Assembly (NCBI RefSeq): GCF_035084215.1
Contig: NC_090363.1
Coordinates: 10,976,001-11,040,000, forward strand
Length of the DNA: 64,000 bases
Origin: Heptranchias perlo
Lineage: Eukaryota
Direction: 5' to 3'
This document shows, in pieces, positions 1-11,917 of this stretch. Both the position numbers and the translations under genes were made by a program. A model generated the notes under the pieces. It saw only the letters and a program-made list of their open reading frames with translations. It was not told the origin of the DNA and did not search any database. Position 1 is the first letter of the stretch, and every line of letters begins with the position of its first letter.

Positions 1-83
1 CTCTCCCTCCACCATTGGATCACATCGTTCGTGATAATATGTGGACCACTTGGGGAGGGGGGGTTTGCCACTTTTTTACCCTC

Positions 84-295
84 CAACAACAACAACCTGT
101 ATTTATATAGCACCTTTAACGTAGTAAAAATGTCCCCAGGCACTTCGCAGGAGCGTAAATCAGACAAAAAATTGACACTGAGCCTCCTAAGGAGATATTA
201 GGACAGGTGACCAAGAGCTTGGTCAAAGAGGTAGGAGCGTCTTAAAGGAGGAGGGAGAGGCAGAGAGGTGTGGGGAGGGAATTCCAGAGCTCTGA
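84..295 (-). mobile_element. L2-type LINE 3' end
   Basis: caacaacaacctgtatttatatagcacc tail; YLFDQALGHLS. Confidence 0.8.
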
Positions 296-686
296 TTTGT
301 GCTGGGGCCACTGACCCGCGGGCACTGCCCGGCACCCCGGACAAGTGGCAACACACCTTGCTGGAGTGGCGTGCGTCGGCATCACGGCTGAGTCCAGTCC
401 TGTTCAAACCAACGTCTGCACGCAACCCCGGTTTCCAGCAGGGGGTCACCGGGATATCAGTCAGGGGCAGGAGCTCTGGCTGGGGCCGATTGTACCATCC
501 CAGTTCCTGCTGTGGCCAAAATCAGCTTGACTCAACCCAGATTAAGGTTTGAGTCCAGAGACCTTCTATTGTACAGGACCTCAGGTGCCACATCACGTTG
601 TGCATTGAGGGGGAAATGTAGAGCAGTGCCACTCCACAGCAATCCTTTGAAGGTTCAGTTCATGTAATTGTGGAGCGCTAACACAA

Positions 687-875
687 GGGAGTAATTTTAA
701 CCTAGCTGGCCAGGTGGGAATCCCATGGGATCGGGTGGAACGCTGGTTTTACATCCCGCCCAATGTCGCTCTCGGTTGACTTCAACGGAGAGTGACATCG
801 GGCGGGGTGTAAAACCAGCGTTGCTCCCCAATCCCGCCGGTTTCCCGACGGGCGGGTTAGGTTAAAATCGCCCCC
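687..875. mobile_element. Fully hairpin-like MITE (ends gggagtaattttaacc / ggttaaaatcgccccc)
   Basis: Nested inverted repeats around a central ttgacttcaa. Confidence 0.8.
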
Positions 876-2084
876 AATAGCCCCTTTGCAGCAGAAATAG
901 GAAACAAGTGTTCTAAAGAGCACTAATCATTTATCGGACTGTATTGAGTGGGTGGCAGTGATTACAGTGACAATCGTCTCAGTTCACGGTTCAGATCGCT
1001 CTTCAAATTGCTGCGGGGATTACCCAGATGGAGCAGGCAGACTGTCTGACTTGGACTGTGAGCGCAGGACTAAATGATACAGATTTGCGATTAGCAAGCT
1101 CCAAATGGGGGCGGAAAAGTAAAAGAATTTCTCCCTCAGGAAATGAAATGGGTGGAGTAGAGTCCATGAACAGATAGATTGTGGAAGGAATGGCCTTGAG
1201 GGGTCAAATGGATGGAGTAGAGTCTATGGGTCAGCACTTGCTACACGAGTCTTATATCCTGGTCTCAAACCATTATTGCTGATGTCCCACTGCAGCTGTT
1301 GATCTCACACCATGTAAAGAAGTCATTGCTGATATCTGCCCCGAGCTTGCCTTTCTGCACCCTGTGCCCTCTCGCCCTGCTGCCCCGGTGTATCGGAGAG
1401 TTGTCAACAGGCGGATGCTTCTGTTCTGCTGTGCGTGCATCCCTCACCACTGGGGCGTCAGGAATTCAGACCTGAATTGGGCCAGGCACTGGACTGGTGG
1501 AGGGTGGCGGAGGGTGGTGCACGGGGAGGGTGTGCCTGAGGTTGAGACTAGCGATTTTGTATAGGGAAAAGGGGGAAGGTTGCGGGTGTGATTGGAAGGT
1601 GGATGGGAACGTTTCTGGGTAAGCTTGTGATTCTTGTGAAATACTTAATGCGTTTATTTTGTTCAAAATATATTCGGGTAGATTGAGCAAATCAACTGTC
1701 ATCTCTGCAATGTTTCGTTGTGGATTGGTTGAAACACGGATGGAACTATTTGGAATGATAATGTTCAAATGGTCCTGGGATCTTATTGATCCCTGGGTAT
1801 GTGGTCCCAGGATGTGAGTGATCTGGTTGAACGGACAGTGATTGGTTGAAATTCTGGGATGTGATTGGTTGATCTCTGGTTCTGCGAAGTGATTGATCAT
1901 TGGATTAGTGTTCTCCGGTTCTGCAATGTGATTGGCCAAAGGGACTCTATGACACACAACACTATATTCACATAGACACCAATCTCTAGTATTTTAGATA
2001 TGCAGGTGCATGATAACTCAGTGCAGTAATCTGCTGCACAAAATAAATACAGGAGCATTATAATTGCACCACTTTAATTGCTGG

Positions 2085-2215
2085 ACGAAAAATGGGTGAT
2101 AGCAAACCGGCAGCCTGTTTCCATCTCCACCGATGTTCTTTTCGATTGACTTCAAAGGAAAAGGCATCGGGCGAGTGTAAAACGGTCGGGCGACTTGCTA
2201 TCACCCATTTTTCAC
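2085..2215. mobile_element. Related hairpin MITE remnant
   Basis: aaaatgggtgatagcaa...ttgacttcaa...ttgctatcacccatttt. Confidence 0.6.
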
Positions 2216-2369
2216 GATAAAAGTTACAAATACAGCCACAGTTTGTTATATAAAATATACAGGAATATTAAACCTGTTTATATTAACGCCTCCCTTAAAA
2301 GAGCAGACAGATGAATGTCATATAACCCTGTTAAACTTGTCCACTAATATTACCAACAGTAATTTCTAG

Positions 2370-3400
2370 GCTAGTCTGTTATATAATATGTACAGGAGTG
2401 TTATATCCATGTAACACACAGTCTGTTATATAATATGTACAGGAGTGTTATATCCATGTAACACACAGTCTGTTATTTAATATGTACAGGAGTGTTATAC
2501 CCCTGTAACACACAGTGTGTTATATAATATATACAGGAGTGTTATACCCCTGTAACACACAGTCTGTTATATAATATATACAGGAGTGTTATATCCCTGT
2601 AACACACGGTGTGTTATGTAATATATACAGGAGTGTTATACCCCTGTAACACACAGTCTGTTATATAATATACACAGGAGCGTTATATCCATGTAACACA
2701 CAGTGTGTTATATAATATATACAGGAGCGTTATACCCATGTGACACACAGTCTGTTGTATAATATATACAGGAGTGTTATATCCCTGTAACACACGGTGT
2801 GTTATGTAATATATACAGGAGTGTTATACCCCTGTAACACACGGTGTGTTATGTAATATATACAGGAGTGTTATACCCCTGTAACACACAGTGTGTTATA
2901 TAATATATACAGGAGTGTTATACCCCTATAACACACGGTGTGTTATACAATATATACAGGAGTGTTATACCCATGTAACACACGGTGTGTTATATAATAT
3001 ATAAAGGAGTGTTATACCCCTGTAACACACAGTCTGTTATATAATATATACAGGAGTGTTATACCCCTGTAACACACGGTGTGTTATATAATATATACAG
3101 GAGTGTTATACCCCTGTAACACACAATGTGTTATATAATATATACAGGAGTGTTATACCTCTGTAACACATGGTGCATTATGTAATATATACAGGAGTGT
3201 TATACCTCTGTAACACACAATGTGTTATACAATATATACAGGAGTGCTGTACCCATGAACACACAATGTGTTATATAATATATTCAGGAGTGTTATACCC
3301 ATGAACACACAATGTGTTATATAATATATTCAGGAGTGTTATACCCATGAACACACAATGTGTTATATAATATATTCAGGAGTGTTATACCCTTGTAAAA
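2370..3400. repeat. 47-bp minisatellite (acacacagtctgttatataatatatacaggagtgttatacccctgta), ~22 copies
   Basis: caggagtg at 2393 and 2440, continuing in phase. Degenerate outliers lie near 2240-2280 and 4180-4420. Confidence 0.95.
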
Positions 3401-3692
3401 TATAGGCCTGGAATTAAGCTGTTCTTCCTGTATTCACCTGAAATTGCTCTTTCCATCATTTTTACCGTTTGTCCATTAGAATCCCACAACATAATTTTAG
3501 TGCCACTGTGTTTTACACAATAAGTACAAGTGTTACACCTGAGTTACACAAGGATAGATTACTTAATACACTCATAATACATTCCTGTATGAGCAATTTT
3601 GACTTAGGCATCAGTTAATTATAAAGTAAACAAGTGTTACGCAGCATAAAACAGAGCAGGAGAATGTACTGCAGCTGAGTTAAGCATTCGTA

Positions 3693-4160
3693 TTAGGAAC
3701 ATAGGAACAGGGATAGACCATCCAGCCTCTCATGCCTGTTCTGCCATTCATTGTGATCATGGCTGATCTGCATCTCAACTCCATTGACCCGCCTTGGTTC
3801 CATATGCCTTAATACCCTTACTGAACAAAAATCTATCAATCTCAGTTTTGAAATTTTCAATTGACCCCCAGCCTCGACAGCTTTTTAAGGGAGAGAGTTC
3901 CAGATTTCCACTCCCCCTTGTGTCAAGAGATGCTTCCTGACATCACCCCTGAACGATCTAGTTCTAATTTGTTCTGGACTCTCCTCGCCAGGGGAAAGAG
4001 TTGCTCTCCATCTACCCTATCAAATCCTTCAATCATCTTAAACACCGCAATTAAATCACCCCTTACTTTTTGTGCCTGTCCACTAGCTTTCATTGATTTC
4101 TGTCCTTGGACCCCTAAATCTCTCTGTTCATCCACAGTTCCTAGCTTCTTACCATTTAAA
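3693..4160 (-). mobile_element. CR1 3' fragment
   Basis: RGDLIAVFKMIEGFDRVD translation; aggaacataggaac tail. Confidence 0.8.
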
Positions 4161-4229
4161 TTCCAGCCAACAATGTCTCACATAATATACACAGGAGCGT
4201 TGTACCCAGGTGGCACACAGGGGAGGGTG

Positions 4230-4392
4230 GGGGGGAGTATTAACTTTTGGCAATAGTGTGAAATGGGTGATCGGATGATATACCTGTCCTGATTTTAATT
4301 TCTAGTGCTTTCAATGGAAAGGCAATTCGGGTGGAGTGTTTAATGGATGACAAATTCCATATTGCCTGCTTTATAAAGTTGAAATTACCCCC
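4230..4392. mobile_element. Degenerate hairpin MITE
   Basis: ggggagtattaacttt...aaagttgaaattaccccc, inserted in a degenerate 47-bp minisatellite unit. Confidence 0.55.
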
Positions 4393-4430
4393 ACGGTCTG
4401 TTATATAACATATACACATGAACAATATGC

Positions 4431-4790
4431 ACATAGAATCACAGACTCTTACAGCTCAGAAGGCATCCATTCGGCCCATCGTGCTTGTGCCGGCTCTTTG
4501 AAACAGCATTCCGATTAGTCCCACTCTCCCCGCTCTTCCCCATAGCCCTGCAAATTTGTTCCTTTCCAAGTATTTATCTAATTCCCTTTTGAAAGTTACT
4601 ATTGAATCTGCTTCCACCGCCCTTTCAGGCAGTGCGTTCCAGATCATAACAACTCGCTGCATAAAAAAAATTCTTCTCATCTCCCCCCTGGTTCTTTTGC
4701 CAATTGTCTTGAATCTGTGTCCTCTGGTTACCGACCCCTCCTACCAGTAAAAACAGTTTCTCCCTATCCATTCTATCAAAACCCTTCATA
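4431..4790 (-). mobile_element. CR1 3' fragment
   Basis: QRVVMIWNALPERAVEA; catagaatc tail. Confidence 0.85.
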
Positions 4791-4924
4791 ATTAACCCTC
4801 ACATGTACGTGATTGTTCACAGATGCACAGGGTGTTCCTTGAAAACTCTTTGTTATCTGTTGTTTTCATTCTAACCAAGTTCATTTTAATGTATAATACC
4901 TGAATGCTCGGGGTGGGGGGGACG

Positions 4925-6790
4925 CAAAAATCAGCTTGGATTCGAGAAATGGAGGTCGTGTTTAACTAATATGCTGGAGTCTTTTGAAGATATCACTGAC
5001 ATGGTATACAGGGGAAGTACAGCTGATGTTATATACTTGGATTTTCAGAGATCTTTTGACAATCTTCCACATCGGCGATTGATAGCTAAGGTAAGGAATC
5101 GTGGAATAGGAGGTAAAGTATGGCCTTAAATTGTTTTAAAAACAGGAAATATCAGGTTAGTGTTAATTGGAACATTTCATGCTGGAAGGAGGGCTATGAA
5201 TAGGATACCGCAGGGGGTTGTTTTTGGAACCCTTGATAGTTTTAATATATATATATATAATTAATGACTTGGTGAAAGGCTCCAAGTTTGCAGGACAGTA
5301 GTCCAATTGGGTTTCGAGCTTTTAGCTAAGTGGGCCAATCAGTGGCGGATACAGTTGAATGTGCATAAACATAAGTTAATTCTTTACCCAGACAGCGGTT
5401 AGAATACGGAAAGTGCAAATGGTGCAGCTGAGGCGACTAGCATAGATGCATTTAAGGGGAATCTAGATAAACACATGAGGGAGATAGGAATAGAAGGGTT
5501 TGCTGATCGGGTTAGATTAAGAGGGGTGAGAGGAGGCTCCTGTGGAGCATAAACGCTGGCATGGACCAGTTGGGCCAAATGGCCTGTTTCTGTGCTGTAC
5601 ATTCTATGTAATATGGGAGCAAGGATCCAAAAGGAGGACCATGCATTAAATGGATCGGTCGTACGGCATGCTAAATGAGAGAGTCGTTTGTAGTTAAATC
5701 TATGATAGTGTCAAACCAGAGCTTGGCTACCCCACAAAAGGCACTGGGTTGTGTTAGCAGAAGCACAAATCAAAAGTGGTTGAATCGTTGCAGTATAAGG
5801 CCAGATCCCATCTGGAATACAGTGTACCATTTTGGTGACAACATTGCATGAAGGACATTGTCATTGAGACGGTGCAGAGACGAGTAATGAAGATGACTTT
5901 TGGGTGTCAGGGTTGTAACTTGTGAGGAAACTGTCGAGATTCCTTAGGGGAAGTAAAAGACTTGAGTATGACCGAATTGAACTTTGCAAGATTATTAAGG
6001 TAGACTGCCAATCTTGTCAGTTTGGCTCAGTTGATAACATTCTCACTTCTGAGTCACCAATTTGCAGGTTCAAAGCCCTGTTCTAGGAGTTGAGCACATA
6101 ATCCAGGCTGAAACTTCAGTGCAGCACTGATTGTCGGAGAAGCTTTCCTTTGGATACTGAGGGGGGCACTTGGATACCTTTGGATACGATGCAGTACTGA
6201 GGGAGTACTGCATTGTCAGATATCCTTTGGATGTTAAGCTCTCTGGTGGTCATGTGATGCCCATGGCACTATCGAGAGTTCTCCCATTGTCCTCTTCAAC
6301 ATTCCTCTCCCAACCAATACCACTAAAAAACACAGACCCGCCGATTGTTGACAGTTACAGTTTTCACGATTTTGCTGTGCACAAAATGGCTGCCACATTT
6401 AACCACCTCAAAGTTACCTCACGATACAGTTGATTCTATGCCAAGCGCCTTGGGACATTTCTGAGAGATGCAATAAGGTATTTTCTAAATGTTAGTTCTT
6501 TCTCTGGCAACGAGGTCAAACTCAAGGGACCCAATGGAAACAGTTAGGAGTAAGGAGGGAAGGCAGACCGAATTTCTTTATCCAAAAGGTGATGGAGCTG
6601 GAGAGTAATTCGTCTGGGAAGGGCATTGAACTGAATGTTCCCGAAGAACTCCAGGGCCAATTCAATGAGTTTCTGGTGAGGGAAATGGGATAGGAGGAGA
6701 TGATGAGATGGTGGACAGTCGCGGTAGAGCGATCAAAGAAGGTGTAGACTTGGGCCTAATGGCCTTTTCCTGTTCCCAACAATTCCTATG
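4925..6790 (+). mobile_element. Old, heavily decayed CR1 RT remnant interrupted by a CR1 3' fragment (~5395-5612) and a SINE (~6015-6500)
   Basis: Recognisable degenerate motifs (gatgttatatacttggattttcag, ccacatctggaatac-like) with many stops. Confidence 0.7.
6015..6502 (+). mobile_element. Same Deu-type SINE family, diverged
   Basis: tggctcagttgata...gagtca...ggttcaaag head; ttgctgtgcacaaaatggctgcc core. Confidence 0.75.
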
Positions 6791-6944
6791 TAGTCACAAA
6801 CCAGAGATGTGGAGCAGAACCTTGCGGGGCTGTGTGTTAACCCAATCCTTAATCTGTTCAGTAAAATCATACCTTAGTGATCATGACCCAGTCATGCATT
6901 GCACAAAGTCCTATTCTAATGCTAAGCATAAAAGGAAATTTAGA

Positions 6945-7300
6945 GATGACCCTGATGGCCCAGTTGGTAAGGGTGGAACTGAGCCATACAGGCCAGGGAT
7001 GACCCGGGTTCAATCGCTAGCCTTCATTGAGTTAGCTGTTCTCACCCAGGGTAACGTGGTGACTACAATTGGCATCAACACACCTAGATCAGGCGACTTA
7101 AAATGAAACTCAGCCACTTCTACTGTAAGATGCCCGTATGTCTAATCGCGCGAGCATCGCCTGCGCAGTGACGCCCACCCCCCCCCTCCTGGGAGCAAAT
7201 ACCATGCCGAGATTCACGGTTAAAGCTCGGACATGAAGAATGGCCACATGAGCAAGGTACTAGGTGATGGTCAGAGCCCAGCATGAGAGGAAGGAGAAAA
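6945..7300 (+). mobile_element. Third tRNA-derived SINE family, diverged; other pieces at ~300-610 (-), ~61050-61080 plus 61490-61600 (-), and short fragments near 55580, 57600, 60700
   Basis: tggcccagttggtaa...ctgagccatacag...gggttcaatc...gagttagctg head; matching reverse-complement segments elsewhere. Confidence 0.6.
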
Positions 7301-7544
7301 ATGTTACATTGCGACGGCTTCTGTTGTCGAGGCTTTTCACTCCTCACAAGTGAGCCCATATCTCTCCTCACATTATGTCCACTTTCCAGCACGGGTTTCT
7401 AAACACAGAAATGAACCCTGCCCGATGTATTATCCTCAATGGACCAGGCTTAAGAATGCTGAAATCAATTGCCCCAACTGATAGCTGCAAGGTCAGCAGA
7501 AAGCATTGGATCAGAATGGGGGGGGGAGGGTTTCACACCTTGTT

Positions 7545-8075
7545 TTAAATTTCTTCTCAGTGTTTAGATGACGCTGCCAAGGCCACATTTATCGGCCATC
7601 CCTGAGAAGGTGGTGGTGGACTGTGGCCTTGAACCCTGGCAGTCCTTGTGGTGATGGTGCTAGGTAGGGAAATCCAGGATATTGACCCAACGAGAAATGA
7701 AGGAACGGCAGCGATATATGTCCCAAGTCAGGTTGCTGCGTGACCCGGAGGGGAACTTGGAGGAGATGGTGTTCCCACAACGGTGCTGATGTTGTCCTGC
7801 TCGGGTGGTAGAGATGGCAAGGGGAGAGGGGGGTGCCGCTGAAGTAACCCTTGGTGAGTTGCTGCAGCGTGTGCTGTAGATCGTACACACTGAGTGACAC
7901 AGTGAGCCGATGATGGAGGGAGCGAATATTGAGCCTGGTGACGGAAGTGCCGAGCATGTGAGCTGTTCCGTCCCGGATGGCCTTCTTGAGTGTTGCCGTG
8001 GCTGCGTCCATCCAGGTAAGTGGTTAATATTCCATCACACTCCTGACATGAGCCTGGTCAATGGCGGAGAGGCTC
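7545..8075 (-). mobile_element. LINE 3' fragment (family of 44145-45419)
   Basis: TLKKAI...LNIRSLHHRLTV translation parallels 44930-45217. Confidence 0.78.
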
Positions 8076-8281
8076 TGACCATAGTACCATGACACACTCG
8101 TCCTGCTTTCAGAAGATGTGTTCCCACTCACCACAGGAACTGGCCATGGCTATCACTCACCACTAAAAGAGGCAATTTAAAGACTATCAGTACTTGTTTG
8201 CCTGACCTTGCAAGAAACCAATAGAGGGAAACAATTACCTACCCAATACGACTTGAGAGCAGTAAAAATGGGACCACTCGG

Positions 8282-8574
8282 GAACAGAAAATGCTGGGAA
8301 CACTCAGCAGGTCAGGCAGCATCTTTGGAGAGAGAAACAGAGTTAACCAGTGGGAGGGGTGCAATTTTAACCTAACCCGCCCATTGAGAAACTGACGGGA
8401 TCAGGTACGATGCTGGTTTTACACCTCGCCCTGATTTTACTCTTCGTTGAAGTCAGTGGAGAATAATATTGGGCGGGGTGTAAAACCAGTGTTCCACTCG
8501 ATCCCGTGGGATCCCCGCCCGGCCAGTTCGGTTAAAATTACCTCCAACATTTCAGGTCGATGACCTTTCATCAG
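8282..8574 (-). mobile_element. Second PLE-type pLTR family remnant, split by a hairpin MITE
   Basis: aacagaaaatgctgg...cagcaggtcaggcagcatc...gagttaac [MITE] tttcaggtcgatgacctttcatcag. The reverse complement gives CTGATGA-aaggtcatcgacct-GAAA. Confidence 0.6.
8356..8545. mobile_element. Same hairpin MITE family as 687-875, opposite orientation
   Basis: gcaattttaacctaacccgcc...ttgaagtca...ggttaaaattacctcc. Confidence 0.8.
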
Positions 8575-8593
8575 CACCCAGAACATTAATAGA

Positions 8594-8818
8594 CATGATG
8601 TGGAGATGCCGGTGATGGACTGGGGTTGACAATTGTAAACAATTTTACAACACCAAGTTATAGTCCAGCAATTTTATTTTAAATTCACAAGCTTTCGGAG
8701 GCTTCCCCCTTCGTCAGGTTTCACATCGTTCACCTGACGAAGGGGGAAGCCTCCGAAAGCTTGTGAATTTAAAATAAAATTGCTGGACTATAACTTGGTG
8801 TTGTAAAATTGTTTACAA
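8594..8818. mobile_element. Palindromic Penelope-like (PLE) mini-insertion: 39-nt tail plus 87-bp perfect inverted arms
   Basis: Arms 8633-8719 and 8732-8818. Flanked by the direct repeat aacattaataga (8582-8593, 8818-8829). Contains CTGACGA...GAAA. Confidence 0.85.
8729..8767 (+). ncRNA. Minimal type I hammerhead ribozyme motif (PLE-associated)
   Basis: ttcac-CTGACGA-a-ggggg aag cctcc-GAAA-gc-TT-gtgaa: stem I ttcac/gtgaa, stem II, conserved core, palindromic AAGCTT in place of helix III. Confidence 0.7.
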
Positions 8819-9614
8819 ACATTAATAGAGATTTCCTTTGCAAAGGAAGAGACAGCCAATCTGATGCCATGGCAACAGTGTAAAGGACTTGTGGGATAAT
8901 GAGCTGCCAAAGTAGTCTGAAGCATCTGAGGAAGTAATTACGGAGCTAAGTTCTCTGCTCTGTTCAATAGTCGGCCCAATTATCGTCACCGGGTTAGGGT
9001 CATGTTACAGAGATCTTCCCTGATTCTGGAACATGAGACCTGTCACCTCCGCATGTGAAGGTTTGACTTCCCTCGAGACAACGGCGAGTAAAAAAGTAAA
9101 TTGCAAACCACACGCACCCAGCAAAGGACCACTTAACTTGGAAATATTAAGCAGAATAGGCAACAGCCTTTGCATTGTCCATTACAACATCAGGATCCGG
9201 CCCCAGATGTTGCTGGCGCCCAGAGTATTTCTCCATGTCCGGCTGTAAACAAAAGGTAGGTCCTGATTGAATTCAATATTTATAAAATAATGTTAACAAC
9301 TGAAATTCTTCATCTTCATTTAAACATGGCACTCTATGGATATAGGTTTGACAAGGCTTTATGCAAACTCATGGGCCAGAATAGATTTAGCAGACTTGTC
9401 ATTTTAACATTGCTGTGTTATATGCAGTCAGTCATGTTCTCTGGACAAACATCAGATTACAGCAGTACACCTGTGGTAGCCTTTATGGCCCCTGTTCCAC
9501 AACACAACCTTAGTGTAATTCAAATAAGGAACACTCTCATTTGTAACACAACTTGTGATACCACCCACCCTGGCTATAATACTGTCAGTTATAACATGGC
9601 TGTTATACACCCCA

Positions 9615-10212
9615 CCCTCGTCCATGCCTTTGTTACCTCTAAACTCGACTATTCCAATGGTCTCCTGGCCAGCTTCCCACCCTCCACACTTGGTAAACTT
9701 GAGCTCATCCAAAACTCTGTTGCCCGTATCCGAACTCGCACCAGCTCCCGCTCACCCATCACCCCCGCTGACCGACATTGGCTCCCGGACCGCCAAGACC
9801 TCCGATTTAAAATTCTCACCCTCATGCTTAAAGCCCCTCATGGCCTCCTCCCTCCCGACCTCTGTAAACTCCTCCAGCCCCACACCCACCTCATCAGAGG
9901 TCTCTGTTCCTGCGATTATGAAGTCGTGTGCATTTCCCCGCCCCACCCCCCCTCCCGCCACTGCTCCCCGCCCCCTCCCCCCATTCACCGCACCAGCGCT
10001 GACCTTAGGTCAGTGGCCGTCTAGAATTCCGTCCTGAAACCCGTCTGCCTCTCTGTCTCCCTCTCTTCTTGAAGACTCTCCTTTAAAACCCATCTCTTTG
10101 ACCAAACTTTTGCGGTCAACTCTCCAATAACTCCCTCTTCGGCTTGGCGGCCATTTTGTGCCTGACATTTTGCTACGTTCGCTGTGCTATGTAAATGCAA
10201 ATTGTCACTGTT
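9615..10212 (+). mobile_element. L2-type LINE 3' fragment
   Basis: LVHAFVTSKLDYSNGLLA...LELIQNSVAR...HWLP; tail gctatgtaaatgcaaattgt. Confidence 0.85.
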
Positions 10213-11917
10213 GAATTTTATAAGCGAGTGGCTGACGAACATAACATCAGCGATCTACTCCACGGAGACCCCTCCCACCATCATGACATGGGACGAGGCA
10301 GCCAGATAGGGAACTGAACGCTGTAGGACGGCTGCCCAGTTACACTGCTCTCTTTCTCTGAAATGGATCCCGGCTGTGAGGAAGCGCAAATGAATTCTTT
10401 GCCGCTGTTCAGGTAATTGGAATATTAATTACTTCTGTCGTTCAGTTGGATAGGGTGTGAACAGAGGTGGGTTGCCTGTTGAACTGTTTGCCTGGGCCTA
10501 GCCTAAATTTTGACCGGTGCGGCACTCCCTTGACGATTGAGGCAATCAAAGGCAGCAGCTCTCAAACACCACGAGGGCTTTCCCACTCCTCCAGCGCAAT
10601 CACCGGCGGCGGACCCCCGAGGGAAATGGTTCAAAGCAGACTTTTCCGCAAAGTGTTCATGGCGGTCAGGCCGTGGTCTCCCGCCTGAGTTATGGGGTGA
10701 GGCCTGAAAGAACCTCGGGGGAATTTCACGGGCCAATGGGTTTTCTGTCCCCACTGCACTGGCACTTCCCCATCCCCCGACTCCGCCCCAGCCATTCTAC
10801 AGTCTGGAAAAGTAAATCAAGCAGGGTGCAAGTGGGGCTGCCAATTCACTCTGGCCCTTTCCGTGCTACCGCCCATGAGCAATTTATACCACAGTTGTCT
10901 AACTTTTCGCCACCAGTGTCTGCGTGTAGAGTTTCACATGGCCCGGGCATGGAGAGTGAAACTCTGCACCCAGATACTGAGGGCAAGAATCGAGGCCATT
11001 TTCTCTTAAAGGTATACAAAACAAAGGCTAAGTTCCGGCAACAATTTTGCAGCCCGACTACTAATAAAGGTGCATTTTCAGTACCACTTCCGAACTGATG
11101 TCATGTATATTAGTTTCCAACAAACTGACAGCAATACTGTCTGTTATATACCAACCCTCACTATGTCATTCGCAGTTATAACACTGTCTGTTATACACCC
11201 ACCCTCACTATATAACTCGCAGTTATAACACTGTCTGTTATACACCCAACCTCACGATATTACTCGCAGTTATAACACTGTCTGTTATACACCCACCCTC
11301 TCTATATCACTCGCAGTTATAACACTGTCTGTTATACACCCACCCTCTCTATATCACTCGCAGTTATAACACTGTCTGTTATACACACACCCTCACTATA
11401 TCACTTGCAGTTATAACACTGTAGGTTATACACAATCCCTCACTACATCTCTCTCAGTTAAAACACTGTCTGTTATATACCCACCCTCACTATAACACTC
11501 GCAGTTATAACACTGTCTGTTATACCCCCACCCTCACTGTATCACTCACAGTTATAACACTGTCTGTTATACACCCACCCTCAATATATCACTCGCAGTT
11601 ATAACACTGTCTGTTATACCCCCACCCTCACTATGTCACTCGCAGTTATAACACTGCCTGTTATACCCCCACCCTCACTATGTCACTCGCAGTTATAACA
11701 CTGTCTGTTATTCCCCCACCCTCACTATATGGCTCTCAATCAAAACACTGTCTGTTTTACACCAACACTCACTACATCAATCTTTGTTCTAACATTTTCT
11801 GTGATACATTCACGCTCACTATATCACTAGCAGTTATAACAGTGCCTGTTATAAACTGCCCCCCCTCACGATATCACTCTGTTATAACACTGTCTGTTAC
11901 ACACCCACCCTCACTAT

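Noticed and set aside
6015..6080. tRNA genes at SINE heads
   Set aside because: A/B-box-like sequences continue into SINE bodies and no full cloverleaf is evident.
9150..9243. Possible terminal exon on the minus strand after ccttttgtttacag
   Set aside because: The acceptor looks good, but all frames stop within about 31 codons and there is no recognisable homology.
9290..10024. 244-aa ORF as a host gene
   Set aside because: Its 3' half is L2 ORF2 remnant joined to satellite-like and unique sequence.
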